Shown: positions 1-10,444 of the stretch, piece after piece
Numbering within the stretch: the first letter of the stretch is position 1
Layout: each line of letters begins with the position of its first letter
From: Pseudomonadales bacterium
GTDB taxonomy: Bacteria > Pseudomonadota > Gammaproteobacteria > Pseudomonadales > UBA5862
Assembly: GCA_024234215.1 (NCBI GenBank)
Contig: JACKOQ010000001.1
Span: 404,293-468,292 of the forward strand
Direction of reading: 5' to 3'
DNA: 64,000 bases
Position numbers and translations under genes: made by a program
Notes under the pieces: model-generated
Told to the model about the DNA's origin: nothing
Database searches by the model: none
The model's input: the letters and a program-made list of their open reading frames with translations, nothing else

Positions 1-652
1 GGCGGTGATCGTGGAGATCATGAACGAGGATGGCAGCATGGCGCGCCGGCCACAGCTGGAGCAGTTCGCGGCCACCCACAACCTCAAGATCGGCACCATC
101 GCCAGCCTGATCCACTACCGCATCCTGCATGAGAAGACCATCATCCGTCTCGGCAGCCGCGAGGTGATGACCCGCCACGGTCCCTTCACGCTGGTCAGTT
201 ACCGCGACACCCTGCAGGGTGACATCCATCTGGCGCTGGTCTGTGGCGAGATCGACCCCGACCAGCCGGTGCTGGTGCGGGTGCAGCAGGCCGACCGGCT
301 GCGCGACCTGTTGCAGATCGCCAGCTCGACCGCCAGTTGGTCGGTCCATGACGCGCTGGCGGCCATCGCCGCGGCCGGACAGGGGGTGCTGGTACTGATC
401 GCCGGCAACGAGCCACCCGACGCCACATTGGCCAGCCTGGCGCGGCTCGAAGCGGTACCGCAGCGGCGCCGGGTCGAGCAGAACCCCAACGTTTTCTACA
501 CCGTCGGCACCGGCTCGCAGATCCTGCGCGATCTGGGCGTGCGCCAGATGCGCCTGATGAGCTCGCCGATCAAATACAATGCCATCTCCGGATTCGACCT
601 GACCGTGGTCGAGTATCTGGCCGCCGATGGCCGCAGCATCCACCTGGAGTAA
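1..652 (+). CDS. ribB: 3,4-dihydroxy-2-butanone-4-phosphate synthase fused to a GTP-cyclohydrolase-II-like C-terminal domain (RibBA/RibBX type), 5'-truncated by the window edge
   Basis: The frame is open from the window start. The translation ...NEDGSMARRPQLEQFAATHNLKIGTIASLIHYR matches the end of a DHBP synthase domain. It is followed by a GCHII-like domain and then by ribH. The GCHII-like part lacks the HSECLTGD...CDCG zinc motif. Confidence 0.85.
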   Translation, partial: AVIVEIMNEDGSMARRPQLEQFAATHNLKIGTIASLIHYRILHEKTIIRLGSREVMTRHGPFTLVSYRDTLQGDIHLALVCGEIDPDQPVLVRVQQADRLRDLLQIASSTASWSVHDALAAIAAAGQGVLVLIAGNEPPDATLASLARLEAVPQRRRVEQNPNVFYTVGTGSQILRDLGVRQMRLMSSPIKYNAISGFDLTVVEYLAADGRSIHLE

Positions 653-661
653 CCGCAGAAC

Positions 662-1144
662 ATGAGCCAGTTTCAACAGATCAGTGGCGACTTCACCGCC
701 CGTGATGCCCGCTTCGCGCTGGTCGCCAGCCGCTTCAATGCCTTCATCGTCGAGAGCCTGATCGCCGGCGCCGCCGATGTCCTGCTGCGCCATGGCATTC
801 CGGCCGGGCAGATCACGCTGATCCGCGCGCCCGGCGCGTTCGAGCTGCCGCTGGTGGTCAGGCAGGCGGCCGAGAGTGGCCGCTTCGATGCGATCGTCGC
901 GCTTGGCGCGGTGATTCGCGGTGGCACGCCCCACTTCGACTATGTCGCCGGCGAGTGCGTCAAGGGGCTGGGGCAGGTGAGCCTGTCGAGCAACCTGCCG
1001 GTGGCCTTCGGCGTGCTGACGGTCGATACGCTGGAGCAGGCGATCGAGCGGGCCGGCACCAAGGCCGGCAACAAGGGGGCCGAGGCAGCGCTCTGCGCCT
1101 TTGAGATGGTGAGCCTGCTGCGCCAGCTGCAACCGGCACGATGA
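662..1144 (+). CDS. ribH: 6,7-dimethyl-8-ribityllumazine synthase
   Basis: 160 aa with [26 protein letters not shown] and [14 protein letters not shown]. It sits in the ribB-ribH-nusB order. Confidence 0.96.
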   Translation: MSQFQQISGDFTARDARFALVASRFNAFIVESLIAGAADVLLRHGIPAGQITLIRAPGAFELPLVVRQAAESGRFDAIVALGAVIRGGTPHFDYVAGECVKGLGQVSLSSNLPVAFGVLTVDTLEQAIERAGTKAGNKGAEAALCAFEMVSLLRQLQPAR

Positions 1145-1617
1145 GCGCGATGAGCGACACGCCGCCGCCCGCTGCGGCCAAACCGAAGTCGAAGGCGCGC
1201 CATCAGGCGCGCCGGCTGCTGCTGCAGGCGCTCTATCAGTGGCAGCTGGCCGGCGCCAGCGCGGCCGAGATCGACCGGCAGTTTCGTGAAGAGCAGCCGG
1301 TCAGGCAGGCCGATCTCGACTACTTCTCCGAACTGCTGCGGCGCATCATCGCGCTGCATGGCGAGCTCGATCAGGTGCTGGCGCCGCTGCTCGACCGGCC
1401 GCTCGAACAGCTCACCCCGGTCGAACGGGCGATTCTGCTGATTGGCAGCTACGAGTTGATGCACTGCATCGAGCTGCCCTATCCGGTGGTGATCAACGAG
1501 GCGATCGAACTGGCCAAATCCTTTGCCGCGCCGGACAGCCACAAATATGTCAACGGCGTGCTCGACCGGATCGCAGCGCAGTTTCGCCGACCGGAAGTCG
1601 AGGCCCGGCGGCGCTGA
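1141..1617 (+). CDS. nusB: transcription antitermination factor NusB
   Basis: 158 aa with [16 protein letters not shown] and [12 protein letters not shown] motifs. There is a 4-nt overlap with the ribH stop. Confidence 0.95.
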   Translation: MSAMSDTPPPAAAKPKSKARHQARRLLLQALYQWQLAGASAAEIDRQFREEQPVRQADLDYFSELLRRIIALHGELDQVLAPLLDRPLEQLTPVERAILLIGSYELMHCIELPYPVVINEAIELAKSFAAPDSHKYVNGVLDRIAAQFRRPEVEARRR

Positions 1618-1637
1618 CGGCTGGCGAAGGGCGCCAC

Positions 1638-2636
1638 ATGGCTCTGCACGAATTCCAACTGATCGAACGCTACTTCAGCCAGCCGCCGCTGGCGGCGGTC
1701 GGAGTTGCGCCCTGCGCCGGCGTGCGCTGGGGCATCGGCGATGACTGTGCCCTGCTCGACCCGCCGCGCGATGCAGCGCTCGCCATCTCGATCGACACCC
1801 TGGTCGAGGGGGTGCACTTTCTGGCAGACGCCGACCCCTTTTCGATCGGCTGGCGTGCGCTGGCGGTCAACCTGAGTGATCTGGCCGCCGTTGCCGCCTC
1901 TCCGAGCTGGTTCACCCTGGCGCTGGTACTGCCGGTGGTCGACGAGTTCTGGCTCGATGGCTTCAGCCGTGGCCTGACCGCCTGCGCAGTGCGCTACCGG
2001 AGCCTGCTGGTCGGCGGCAATCTGGCGCAAGGTCCGCGCAGCATCACGCTGCAGGTGGCCGGCGAGGTGCCAGTGGCGCTGGCGCTGTCACGGCGCGGTG
2101 CCCGGGTGGGCGATGGCCTCTATGTCACCGGTACCCTGGGTGATGCGGCGGCCGGATTGGCGCTGCTGCGCGGCCAGTTGCAGGCCGACGCGACGGACCG
2201 TGAGTTCCTGAGCCAGCGCTATCTGCAACCGACGCCGCGCATCGAGGCCGGCTTGCAACTGCGCGGGCTCGCCAGCGCGATGATCGACCTGTCGGATGGT
2301 CTTGCCGGTGATCTGCACCATCTGATCAGCGGCAGCGGCGTCGGTTTCACGCTCGAACTGAACGATCTGCCGCTGTCGGCCGCGCTGTGCCGGGTGGTTG
2401 ATCGTTCCACCGCCCGCCGCTGGGCTTTTGGTCAGGGTGATGACTATGAGCTCTGCTTCACGGCGCCACGCGCCGATGAGGCGCGCATCGAGGCCGCGCT
2501 GGCCGCGGTGGGCGTCGGCTGTCGACGGATCGGGCTGGCGACTGCAGCAGCCGGATTGACCCTGACTCTCGACGGTCAGCAGCAGCCGGCCGATGCGGCG
2601 CTGCATGGTTACCGCCACTTCGAGGCGCCGCAGTGA
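1638..2636 (+). CDS. thiL: thiamine-monophosphate kinase
   Basis: 332 aa with GIGDDCALL, DTLVEGVHF and GDDYELCF motifs. The nusB-thiL-pgpA synteny is conserved. Confidence 0.95.
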   Translation: MALHEFQLIERYFSQPPLAAVGVAPCAGVRWGIGDDCALLDPPRDAALAISIDTLVEGVHFLADADPFSIGWRALAVNLSDLAAVAASPSWFTLALVLPVVDEFWLDGFSRGLTACAVRYRSLLVGGNLAQGPRSITLQVAGEVPVALALSRRGARVGDGLYVTGTLGDAAAGLALLRGQLQADATDREFLSQRYLQPTPRIEAGLQLRGLASAMIDLSDGLAGDLHHLISGSGVGFTLELNDLPLSAALCRVVDRSTARRWAFGQGDDYELCFTAPRADEARIEAALAAVGVGCRRIGLATAAAGLTLTLDGQQQPADAALHGYRHFEAPQ

Positions 2637-3121
2637 TGCGCCCGAAACCGGGCTGGAAACAGCTGACGGCGAGCCCGCTCGATGCTTGGGCGCTCGGCTT
2701 TGGCGCGGGGCTCTCCCGCTGGGCGCCGGGCACGGTCGGCACGGCGCTGGCGCTGCCGGCGTGGGGCTGGCTCAGCTCGGCCGCGCCGCTGGGGCTCTAC
2801 CTGCTGCTGCTGGGTGCTGCGATCGTGCTCGGCGTCTGGGCCGCCGCCACGGCGACCCGCCGACTCGGCGTCGATGACCATCCGGCCATCGTCTGTGACG
2901 AGATGGCGGCCATCGGTGTGGTGCTACTGGGGGTGCCGGCCGAACCGCTCTGGCTGCTGCTCGGCTTTGCGCTGTTCCGGCTGTTCGACATCACCAAGCC
3001 CTGGCCGGTGCGTTGGGCCGACCGGCGGATCAAGGGCGGCTGGGGCATCATGTTCGATGACCTGCTGGCGGCGGGTTACGCCTGGCTGGCGCTGCAGGCT
3101 GTGCGCTGGCTGATCTTCTGA
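2633..3121 (+). CDS. pgpA: phosphatidylglycerophosphatase A
   Basis: 162 aa with PGTVGT, VCDEMAA, FRLFDITKPWP and GGWGIMFDD motifs. Its start overlaps the thiL stop. Confidence 0.93.
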   Translation: MMRPKPGWKQLTASPLDAWALGFGAGLSRWAPGTVGTALALPAWGWLSSAAPLGLYLLLLGAAIVLGVWAAATATRRLGVDDHPAIVCDEMAAIGVVLLGVPAEPLWLLLGFALFRLFDITKPWPVRWADRRIKGGWGIMFDDLLAAGYAWLALQAVRWLIF

Positions 3122-3151
3122 ACCATTGAATGCGACGCGACAGCGCCGGCT

Positions 3152-4288
3152 TCACGGCCCCCCGGTCGTGCGCCGGTGTGCCCTGGCCAGATAGTCGTGC
3201 GACTGCATCTCCAGCAGGCGGCTGCGGGTGCGTTCGAACTCGAAGCGCAGCCGCTCGCCCTGATACAGCTCGGCAAGCGGTGCGGCCGCCGACAGAATCA
3301 GCTTGACGCCGCAGTCGTAGAACTCATCGACCAGGTTGATGAAGCGGCGGCTCTGGTCCTCATGATGGGTGGTCAGCAGCGGGATGTTGCTGATCACCAC
3401 GGTCTCGAACAGCTCGGCCAGTTCGATGTAGTCACGCTGGCTGCGCGGACCGTCGCAGAGCTGGTCGAAGTCGAACCAGGCCAGATCGTCCACCAGATAG
3501 CGCGTCTGGATCGGCCGGTTGTCGATGGTCATCACCGCATCGGCCTCAATCGTCGTCGAGCCGAGTCTTTGAAAGCAGGCCATCAGATTGTCATCGGCCG
3601 CCTGACCGAGCGGGCTGTAGTAGAGCGGTGCGCGGGTCAGCGTGCGCAGACGATGGTCGATGCCGCCATCGACATTGACCACCTCGGTGTGCGCCTTCAG
3701 CAGCGCGATGGCGGGCAGAAAACGCGACCGCTGCAGGCCGTTCGGATAGAGGCCATCGGGGTGGATGTTGGAGGTGGTCACCAGGATGACCCCCTGGTTG
3801 AACAGATGCTCCAGCAGCGTGCCGAGCAGCATCGCATCGGTGATGTCGCTGACGAAGAACTCATCGAAACAGAGCAGCCGGATGCGGCTCGACCAGGCTT
3901 GGGCCACGCCGCGCAGCGGGTCGCTCTCGCCCTGCCGCGCCTGCAACTGTGCATGCACCTCGCGCATGAAGCGGTGAAAGTGCATGCGTGCTTTCTCGGC
4001 GATCGGCACGGCATCGAACAGCAGATCCATCAGGTAGGTCTTGCCGCGGCCGACACCGCCCCAGAAGTAGAGTCCCTTGATCGGCGTCGGCGGCTTGCGG
4101 AAGGGTCGGCTCAACCGACCGAGCAGGCCAGTGGATTGCGGCTGCGTCACCACCAGCTCATCGTAGAGCCGCTGCAGGTGGCGCACGGCCTGCTCCTGTG
4201 CCGGATCATGCTCGAAACCGGGCTGCGCCAGCGAGGCGCGGTAGCGTTCGAGCGGGGAGATCGAGGGCAGGAGGGCGGGAATGGACAA
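3152..4288 (-). CDS. zapE: AFG1-like ATPase / cell division protein ZapE
   Basis: 378 aa with Walker A GGVGRGKTYLMD and the LLCFDEFFVSDITDAM region typical of the ZapE/AFG1 family. Confidence 0.9.
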   Translation of the reverse strand: MSIPALLPSISPLERYRASLAQPGFEHDPAQEQAVRHLQRLYDELVVTQPQSTGLLGRLSRPFRKPPTPIKGLYFWGGVGRGKTYLMDLLFDAVPIAEKARMHFHRFMREVHAQLQARQGESDPLRGVAQAWSSRIRLLCFDEFFVSDITDAMLLGTLLEHLFNQGVILVTTSNIHPDGLYPNGLQRSRFLPAIALLKAHTEVVNVDGGIDHRLRTLTRAPLYYSPLGQAADDNLMACFQRLGSTTIEADAVMTIDNRPIQTRYLVDDLAWFDFDQLCDGPRSQRDYIELAELFETVVISNIPLLTTHHEDQSRRFINLVDEFYDCGVKLILSAAAPLAELYQGERLRFEFERTRSRLLEMQSHDYLARAHRRTTGGP

Positions 4289-4306
4289 CAGCGTCAGCCG
4301 AAAGAG

Positions 4307-4957
4307 TCAGGCGGTCACCAGGGTTGGGGCGAGTGCCGCGACCAGGCGGCTGCGCAATTCTACCAACTGTCCATGAAAAAAATGAGAGCAATCGGCAAAG
4401 CGCAGCAACTGGTGCGGGCTGTGCAGTTGCTCGGCCCAGGCAGCGACACCGTCGGCGGTGACCAGTTCGTCGGCCTCGCCCTGCAACAGCGTGACCGGGC
4501 AGTCGAAGCGCTGCAGGAGGCTGAAATCGAAGCGCCCGACCGGCGGGGCGACCAGAATCAACTGCTCCACCGTCACACCCCAGTCCGCTGCCGCCTGGCA
4601 ACCCCGTGCGGCGATGTAGGCGCCAAACGAAAAACCGGCCAACCAGAGTCGGGCGTTGCCCTGCTGTGCCAGCCAGTGGCAGAGCGCGGCGAGGTCGTCG
4701 AGTTCGCCGCGCCCGTCGTCGTAATGGCCGGAACTGGCACCGACACCGCGAAAGTTGAAGCGCAGGGTGCCTAGACCCAGTTGCTGAAAGCTGCGCATCA
4801 GCGTGAAGACCACCTTGTTGTCGAGCGAACCGCCGAACAGCGGGTGAGGGTGGCAGATCACCGCCACCGGCCGGCCTGCCGTCGGCGCCGCGTAGCGCAC
4901 CTCCAGCACCCCGCAGGGTGCCGGGAGGCGCAGCGGCTGTTCGGTGGCCTTGTCCAT
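4307..4957 (-). CDS. alpha/beta-fold hydrolase (COG2945-like), function unknown
   Basis: CHPHPLFGGSLDNKV and the nucleophile elbow GFSFGAY are present. I moved the start to the internal ATG (MDKATEQ...) because the longer ORF would overlap the upstream MFS gene, which ends at 4978. Confidence 0.75.
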   Translation of the reverse strand: MDKATEQPLRLPAPCGVLEVRYAAPTAGRPVAVICHPHPLFGGSLDNKVVFTLMRSFQQLGLGTLRFNFRGVGASSGHYDDGRGELDDLAALCHWLAQQGNARLWLAGFSFGAYIAARGCQAAADWGVTVEQLILVAPPVGRFDFSLLQRFDCPVTLLQGEADELVTADGVAAWAEQLHSPHQLLRFADCSHFFHGQLVELRSRLVAALAPTLVTA

Positions 4958-4977
4958 GCGGGCGTCGTTTGGTCCGA

Positions 4978-6231
4978 TCAGGATGTCGCCACCGCCTGTG
5001 CGGCCGGAATTGGCGGTCGCATCATCAGGGCGGCGATGCCGGCGATCAGGCACATGCCGATGTAGAACCAGAACACCTGGCTGTAGCTGTTGAATTTGTC
5101 GAACCAGGCGCCGGCCAGCACCGGACCGAGCGCCGCGATGATGGTGACGATCATGCTGCGCACCGCAAAGAGCGAGGCGTAGTTCTTGCTGCCGAAGTAG
5201 TTGGCGATGATCATCGGGCTGGTCACCACCGCCAGACCGTTGCCGAGGCCGAACAGGATGGCGAACAGATAGACCAGCATCGGCTCATGGGCAATGTTGA
5301 GCAGGTAGATGCCGACCAGCGAGATCAGCAGCCCGGCGCTCAGCATGTACTTGGGTTCGATGTAGTCACCGAGGGTGCCGGAGAAGACCCGACCGGCCAC
5401 GCTGAGGAAGCCCACCAGCCCGATCGAGGAGGCGGCCAGCACCTTCTCGTGTCCCAGATCCTGCAGGTGCAGCAGCGCCTGGGTGTTGACCAGGCCACCG
5501 CCGAGCGAGGCCATTGAGGCGCAGAGGATGGCGAGCCACAGCACGACGGTCGAGAAGGCGGCTCTGGTCTCCCACGGGTGGCTGGTCTGATAGACCCGGA
5601 CCTGTTTGACCGGCTTGGTGCTGCCGCTGCTTGTTTCCGAGACGCCGTCGACCTGCTGTCCGACATCGGCCGGCATCTCCTTGACCACCCACAGTGCCAG
5701 CAGTGACGAACCCATGCCGGCGCCGGTCATGATCAGCCAGACGATCCGCCAGTCGCCGGTCTGCTTGACCAGCAAGGCGAACAGCGGGGTCAGCACACCG
5801 CTGCCGACGCCACCCGCCGCCATGAACAGCCCGATGGCCAGCGCACGGCGCCGGGCGAACCAGTTGGAGATCAGCTGGGTGCCGGGGATGATGGTCTGCA
5901 TCGCCAGACCCAGTCCGAGAAACAGGCAGGAGAGATAGAATTGCAGCACCGTCTGGGTGGTGTAGGTCAGCAGCGCGCCGATCAGGATCGAAAAGCCGCC
6001 CATGAAGATGGTCATGCGGGTGCCGAAGCGGCGAATCATCCAGGCGATCAGCGGACCGCAGAGCCCGAGCGTGGCGCTGGCGATCGAGAAGCCGGCACTG
6101 ACCTGACTGCGGCTCCAGCCGAAGGCCTGGATCAGGTCGGGCATGGTGGCGGCAAAGCCGTAGAAGACCGTGCCGATGGAGAGAAAATAGATCGCACAGA
6201 GCGCGATCAGCAGTCGCCAGCCGTAATACAT
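4978..6231 (-). CDS. MFS family transporter, substrate unknown
   Basis: 417 aa, dominated by hydrophobic helices with short basic loops (for example FARRRALAIG), giving MFS-like two-half symmetry. Confidence 0.8.
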   Translation of the reverse strand: MYYGWRLLIALCAIYFLSIGTVFYGFAATMPDLIQAFGWSRSQVSAGFSIASATLGLCGPLIAWMIRRFGTRMTIFMGGFSILIGALLTYTTQTVLQFYLSCLFLGLGLAMQTIIPGTQLISNWFARRRALAIGLFMAAGGVGSGVLTPLFALLVKQTGDWRIVWLIMTGAGMGSSLLALWVVKEMPADVGQQVDGVSETSSGSTKPVKQVRVYQTSHPWETRAAFSTVVLWLAILCASMASLGGGLVNTQALLHLQDLGHEKVLAASSIGLVGFLSVAGRVFSGTLGDYIEPKYMLSAGLLISLVGIYLLNIAHEPMLVYLFAILFGLGNGLAVVTSPMIIANYFGSKNYASLFAVRSMIVTIIAALGPVLAGAWFDKFNSYSQVFWFYIGMCLIAGIAALMMRPPIPAAQAVATS

Positions 6232-6334
6232 GCGCTTGTTCCTGTCTGTTATGGTTTTTGGGATCGAACAGCCCGGCAGTGTATAACCTTGCCGGTAGGC
6301 ATGAAAGGCAGCGGATCGATCAAGAGGAGAAGGC

Positions 6335-7534
6335 TTGAAAATCTATCTGGTGGGTGGCGCGGTGCGCGACCGGCTGCTGGGGCGGCCGGTGACCGAGCGT
6401 GACTGGGTGGTGGTCGGTGCCACGCCTGCCGAGCTGCTGGCGCAGGGCTTTCGTCCGGTCGGCAAGGATTTTCCGGTCTTCCTGCATCCGCGCAGCAAGG
6501 AGGAGTACGCGCTGGCCCGCACCGAGTGCAAGGCGGGGCGCGGCTACACCGGCTTCGTCACCTGCTTCGACCCCAGTGTGACCCTCGAGGCCGATCTGCG
6601 CCGCCGCGATCTCACCATCAACGCCATGGCCGAAGATGAGAATGGACGGATCATCGACCCCTACGGTGGCCAGCGTGATCTGGCCGGGCGCTGGCTGCGG
6701 CATGTCTCTGCGGCCTTTGCCGAGGATCCACTGCGGGTGTTGCGGGTGGCCCGCTTTGCTGCCCGTTACGCACCGCTGGGATTTCGGGTGGCGCCCGAGA
6801 CCCTGGAGCTGATGCGGCAGATCAGTGCCAGTGGCGAACTGGCCGATCTGGTGCCGGAGCGGGTCTGGCAGGAGCTGGAGCGGGCACTGGGCGAGGCCCG
6901 TCCGCGCCTCTTCATCGACCTGCTGCGCGCCTGCGGGGCGCTGGGCTGGCTGCTGCCCGAACTCGATCAGCGGCTGGAGTGCGACGGGGGCGAGCCTCTG
7001 CTGGAAGCCCTGGAGCGGGTCGCGATGTTGAGCCCGCAGCCGGAGGTGCGGCTGGCGCTGCTGCTGCATGACCTCGACCCTGAGCAGCCACCGGGCACAG
7101 CGGCCCACCGTGCCGCCAACCTGCGACTGATCGACCAGATCTGCGACCGCTGCCGCATCCCCAATCGCCATCGGCAACTGGCCCGGCTGCTGGCAGCGCA
7201 GTCGCTGACGGCCCATGCCGCACTGCGGCTCGATGCCGCGGCACTGCTGCAACTGCTCGACAGTCTCGATGCCTGGCGTCGTCCCGAACGGTTCGAGCAG
7301 TTTCTGCTGGCCGCCGAGGCCGATGCCGGACGCTGGCCGGCACTGGCCGCCGAGTCGGGCTATCCGCAGGCGGCCTGGCTGCGCCGGCTCCATGCCGCCT
7401 GCCGTCAGATCGATGCCGGCCAGTTGAGCGGCACGCTCAGTGGCAAGGCGATCGGTGAGCGGTTGCGACAGGCACGGCTCGCCACGATCGAGCAGCTCCG
7501 AGAGACCCTGACTGATTCAAGGGAGCACCCATGA
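6335..7534 (+). CDS. cca: multifunctional CCA-adding tRNA nucleotidyltransferase
   Basis: 399 aa starting MKIYLVGGAVRDRLLGRP, with DWVVVG and RRDLTINAMA motifs. The start codon is TTG, preceded by AAGAGGAGAAGG. Confidence 0.95.
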   Translation: MKIYLVGGAVRDRLLGRPVTERDWVVVGATPAELLAQGFRPVGKDFPVFLHPRSKEEYALARTECKAGRGYTGFVTCFDPSVTLEADLRRRDLTINAMAEDENGRIIDPYGGQRDLAGRWLRHVSAAFAEDPLRVLRVARFAARYAPLGFRVAPETLELMRQISASGELADLVPERVWQELERALGEARPRLFIDLLRACGALGWLLPELDQRLECDGGEPLLEALERVAMLSPQPEVRLALLLHDLDPEQPPGTAAHRAANLRLIDQICDRCRIPNRHRQLARLLAAQSLTAHAALRLDAAALLQLLDSLDAWRRPERFEQFLLAAEADAGRWPALAAESGYPQAAWLRRLHAACRQIDAGQLSGTLSGKAIGERLRQARLATIEQLRETLTDSREHP

Positions 7535-8277
7535 ACGAACCCATTCCGGTGCCGAAGGTGGCACTGGTCACCGGCGCGGCGCGGCGCGTCGGCGCCGCCA
7601 TCGTCGAGCGGCTGCATGGCGCCGGCTATCAGATTCTGCTCAATTACCGCCACTCGGCCGAGGAGGCGCAGGCGCTGGCGGCACGGCTGAACGCGCTGCG
7701 CGCGGGGTCGGTCGAGCTGTTGCCGGCTGATCTGTGTCAGATGGAGGCAGTGCAGCAGTTGGCCGAGCTGGCCAGCCAGCGCGGCGTCGGGCTGCTGGTC
7801 AACAACGCCTCCAGCTTTGATCCCACGCCGCTTGGCGCGGTGAGCGAGGCGCAGTGGCAGGCGCTCTTCGACAGCAACCTCAAGGCACCGTTCTTTCTGC
7901 TGCAGGCGCTGCTGCCGACGCTGCGGGCGCGGCGCGGCGCGGTGGTCAATCTGATCGACATCTATGCCGAGCGGCCGCTACAGGGCTACAGCGTTTACTC
8001 CATCTCGAAGGCGGGGCTGGCGATGCTGACCCGCAGCATGGCGCGCGAGCTGGCGCCCGACGTGCGGGTCAACGGCGTGGCACCGGGTGCCATCCTCTGG
8101 CCGGAGCAGCCCTCGGCCGAGCAGGCCGCCGCGCAGCAGCGGATTCTGGCGCAGACGCCGCTGGGGCGCACCGGCCGGCTGGAAGAGATTGCCGAGGCGG
8201 TCCACTTTCTGGCCGAGGCAACCTATGTCACCGGCCAGATCATCGCCGTCGATGGTGGCCGTTCGCTCTATCTATGA
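7531..8277 (+). CDS. short-chain dehydrogenase/reductase, pteridine (dihydromonapterin) reductase-like
   Basis: Rossmann motif TGAARRVGAAI, catalytic YSISK and a PGAILWPE segment. It sits beside folK and folB. Its start overlaps the cca stop (ATGA). Confidence 0.8.
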   Translation: MNEPIPVPKVALVTGAARRVGAAIVERLHGAGYQILLNYRHSAEEAQALAARLNALRAGSVELLPADLCQMEAVQQLAELASQRGVGLLVNNASSFDPTPLGAVSEAQWQALFDSNLKAPFFLLQALLPTLRARRGAVVNLIDIYAERPLQGYSVYSISKAGLAMLTRSMARELAPDVRVNGVAPGAILWPEQPSAEQAAAQQRILAQTPLGRTGRLEEIAEAVHFLAEATYVTGQIIAVDGGRSLYL

Positions 8278-8793
8278 AGCGCTTCGTGGCGAGATGGCGC
8301 GTCCGCGCCAACTGAAATCGACCGGGTGCAGCGGCTGACTGTCCCGATCGTAGCCGGCCCAGAGCATGGCGATCGACTGGTCGCTGCCGGGCAGAATCCG
8401 CGTCGGGCAGAGCTCGGCCAGCGGCCAGAGCACGTAGGCATTTTCGGTGATCTCCGGACGCGGCAGCAGCAGGCCGGCAAACTCCCCTTGCCGGTCGCCA
8501 TGGAGCAGAATGTCGATGTCGAGCGTGCGACCCGAGAACTTCGCTCCATCACGCCGGCGTCCCTCGGCCTCCTCGATCGCGCGCAACCGTTGATTCAGCG
8601 CTGCCGGATCGAGCTCGGTCTCGATGCCGACCACCAGGTTGTAGAAAGGGGCACCACTGAAGCCGACCGCGGCGCTCTCGAACACCGAGGAGATCTCGAG
8701 CGGACCAAACCGCTGCGCCAGCGCATCGAGGCAGCCGCGAATGTGTTGCTCGCGGTCGATGTTGCTGCCGATGCTGAGATAGACCTTCGCCAT
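8272..8793 (-). CDS. folK: 2-amino-4-hydroxy-6-hydroxymethyldihydropteridine diphosphokinase
   Basis: This is the internal ATG of the 296-aa ORF ([15 protein letters not shown]...). It has the RTLDIDILL motif. The N-terminal 123 aa of the track ORF are Arg/His-rich junk overlapping folB. Confidence 0.9.
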   Translation of the reverse strand: MAKVYLSIGSNIDREQHIRGCLDALAQRFGPLEISSVFESAAVGFSGAPFYNLVVGIETELDPAALNQRLRAIEEAEGRRRDGAKFSGRTLDIDILLHGDRQGEFAGLLLPRPEITENAYVLWPLAELCPTRILPGSDQSIAMLWAGYDRDSQPLHPVDFSWRGRAISPRSAS

Positions 8794-9149
8794 CAGCCGC
8801 GCTCTCCACGCTCGATGATGATGCCCACCGCACGTGAACCGCGCACCGCACCGGGCTTGCTCAGCCGCAGCCGCAACCAAGGGACCGCGAACTCCCGCTG
8901 AATCAGCTCGGCGATGCGTTCGGCCAACGTCTCGACCAGCTCGGGGCGGTTCTGCTGCACATAGGCGATGATTCGCTTGGCCACTGCCTTGTAGTCGAGG
9001 GTCTCCTCGATCCGGTCGGTGGCAGCCGCACGGCGGATGTCGGTGGCCATCTCCAGGTCGATGCTGATCACCTGTTTGACCTCCTGCTCCCAGGCATAGA
9101 TGCCGATGACGGTCTCGATGCGCAGATCCTCGATGTAGACGATGTCCAT
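8793..9149 (-). CDS. folB: dihydroneopterin aldolase
   Basis: 118 aa starting [26 protein letters not shown]. The ATG overlaps the tsaD stop (TGATG) and the stop abuts the folK ATG. Confidence 0.92.
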   Translation of the reverse strand: MDIVYIEDLRIETVIGIYAWEQEVKQVISIDLEMATDIRRAAATDRIEETLDYKAVAKRIIAYVQQNRPELVETLAERIAELIQREFAVPWLRLRLSKPGAVRGSRAVGIIIERGERG

Positions 9150-10198
9150 CAACCGACTCCATGGATCAGCGGGGGGATGGGTGGGAGCTGCTCCAGCGGC
9201 CAGCGCGGCTGGGTCTCGATGGTCGCCGGCGTGCATTCGCCGGCAGCGAGCCGCAGTGCACCGACCAGCGCGATCATCGCGCCATTGTCGGTGCAAAAGC
9301 GCAGGCGTGGGGCATGCAATCGCGCACTTCGGCGCTCGGCCATCGCCGTCAGTTCGGCGCGCAGCCGCAGATTGGCGCTGACGCCGCCGGCGATCACCAG
9401 CCGGTGGTAACCGGTTTCGGCCAGCGCCCGCTCGCACTTCTCGCGCAGCGTCTCCACCAGTGCCTCCTCGAAGCCGCGGGCGATGTCGGCCCGCTGCTGT
9501 TGATCGAGCGTGCCGGCGCGACGTTGCGTCTCGACCACCTGCAGCACGGCGGTCTTCAGGCCGCTGAAGCTGAAGTCGAGTCCCGGACGGTCGAGCATCG
9601 GCCGGGGGAAGCGGAACCGCCCCGGCCGCCCCTGTTCGGCCAACCGGGCGAGTGCGGCGCCACCCGGATAGTCGAGCCCGAGCAGCAGTGCGCTCTTGTC
9701 GAAGGCCTCGCCGGCGGCATCATCGAGCGACTCGCCCAGCAGGCGGTAACGGCCGATGCCGGTGACCGCCACCAACTGGGTGTGGCCGCCCGAAACCAGC
9801 AGTGCGACGAACGGAAAATCGGGTGGATCGGGCTCCAGCATCGGCGCCAGCAGATGGCCTTCCATGTGGTGCACCGCGATGGCCGGCCGGTCGAGCGCCA
9901 GTGCCAGCGAGCGGCCGATGGCCGCGCCCACCAGCAGCGCCCCCATCAGACCGGGTCCGCTGGTGTAGGCGATGCCATCGAGGTCGCGCAGACGCTGTCC
10001 CGACTCGGCCAGCACCTGCCGGATCAGCGGCAGCGTCTTGCGGATGTGGTCGCGCGACGCCAGTTCCGGCACCACGCCGCCATACTCCGCATGCAGCGCC
10101 GTCTGACTGTAGAGCGCCTCGCCCAGCAAGCCGCGGGTGCTGTCGTAGAGGCCGATGCCGGTCTCGTCACAGGAGGTTTCGATGCCAAGTACCAGCAT
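9149..10198 (-). CDS. tsaD: tRNA N6-adenosine threonylcarbamoyltransferase TsaD
   Basis: 349 aa with [23 protein letters not shown] and [10 protein letters not shown] motifs. It is divergent from rpsU, as in E. coli. Confidence 0.96.
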   Translation of the reverse strand: MLVLGIETSCDETGIGLYDSTRGLLGEALYSQTALHAEYGGVVPELASRDHIRKTLPLIRQVLAESGQRLRDLDGIAYTSGPGLMGALLVGAAIGRSLALALDRPAIAVHHMEGHLLAPMLEPDPPDFPFVALLVSGGHTQLVAVTGIGRYRLLGESLDDAAGEAFDKSALLLGLDYPGGAALARLAEQGRPGRFRFPRPMLDRPGLDFSFSGLKTAVLQVVETQRRAGTLDQQQRADIARGFEEALVETLREKCERALAETGYHRLVIAGGVSANLRLRAELTAMAERRSARLHAPRLRFCTDNGAMIALVGALRLAAGECTPATIETQPRWPLEQLPPIPPLIHGVG

Positions 10199-10346
10199 GG
10201 TGCTTCAGTGATTGAGCGGAGACAGAGCTCCAGAAGGGGGAACGATGATAGCCGTCCCGACCGGCGTGTGGAATCGTTGGGCCGCGTGGTGATCACGCTT
10301 CGCCTCGATGGGCCTGTCGCCCACCGGTCGAAATTCTCCCGATGGT

Positions 10347-10374
10347 TTGTACCGCTTCCGATCGGTGCTAGAAT
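10347..10374 (+). promoter_or_regulatory. candidate sigma-70 promoter of the rpsU-dnaG-rpoD operon
   Basis: TTGTAC, a 16-nt spacer, then TAGAAT, about 70 nt upstream of the rpsU ATG. This is a sequence match only. Confidence 0.45.
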
Positions 10375-10444
10375 GCCGGCCCCGCTCCATCAAGCCGGGG
10401 CCCATTGTCATGGGCGTTGGAATCAAACCCACACAGGATCCTAT

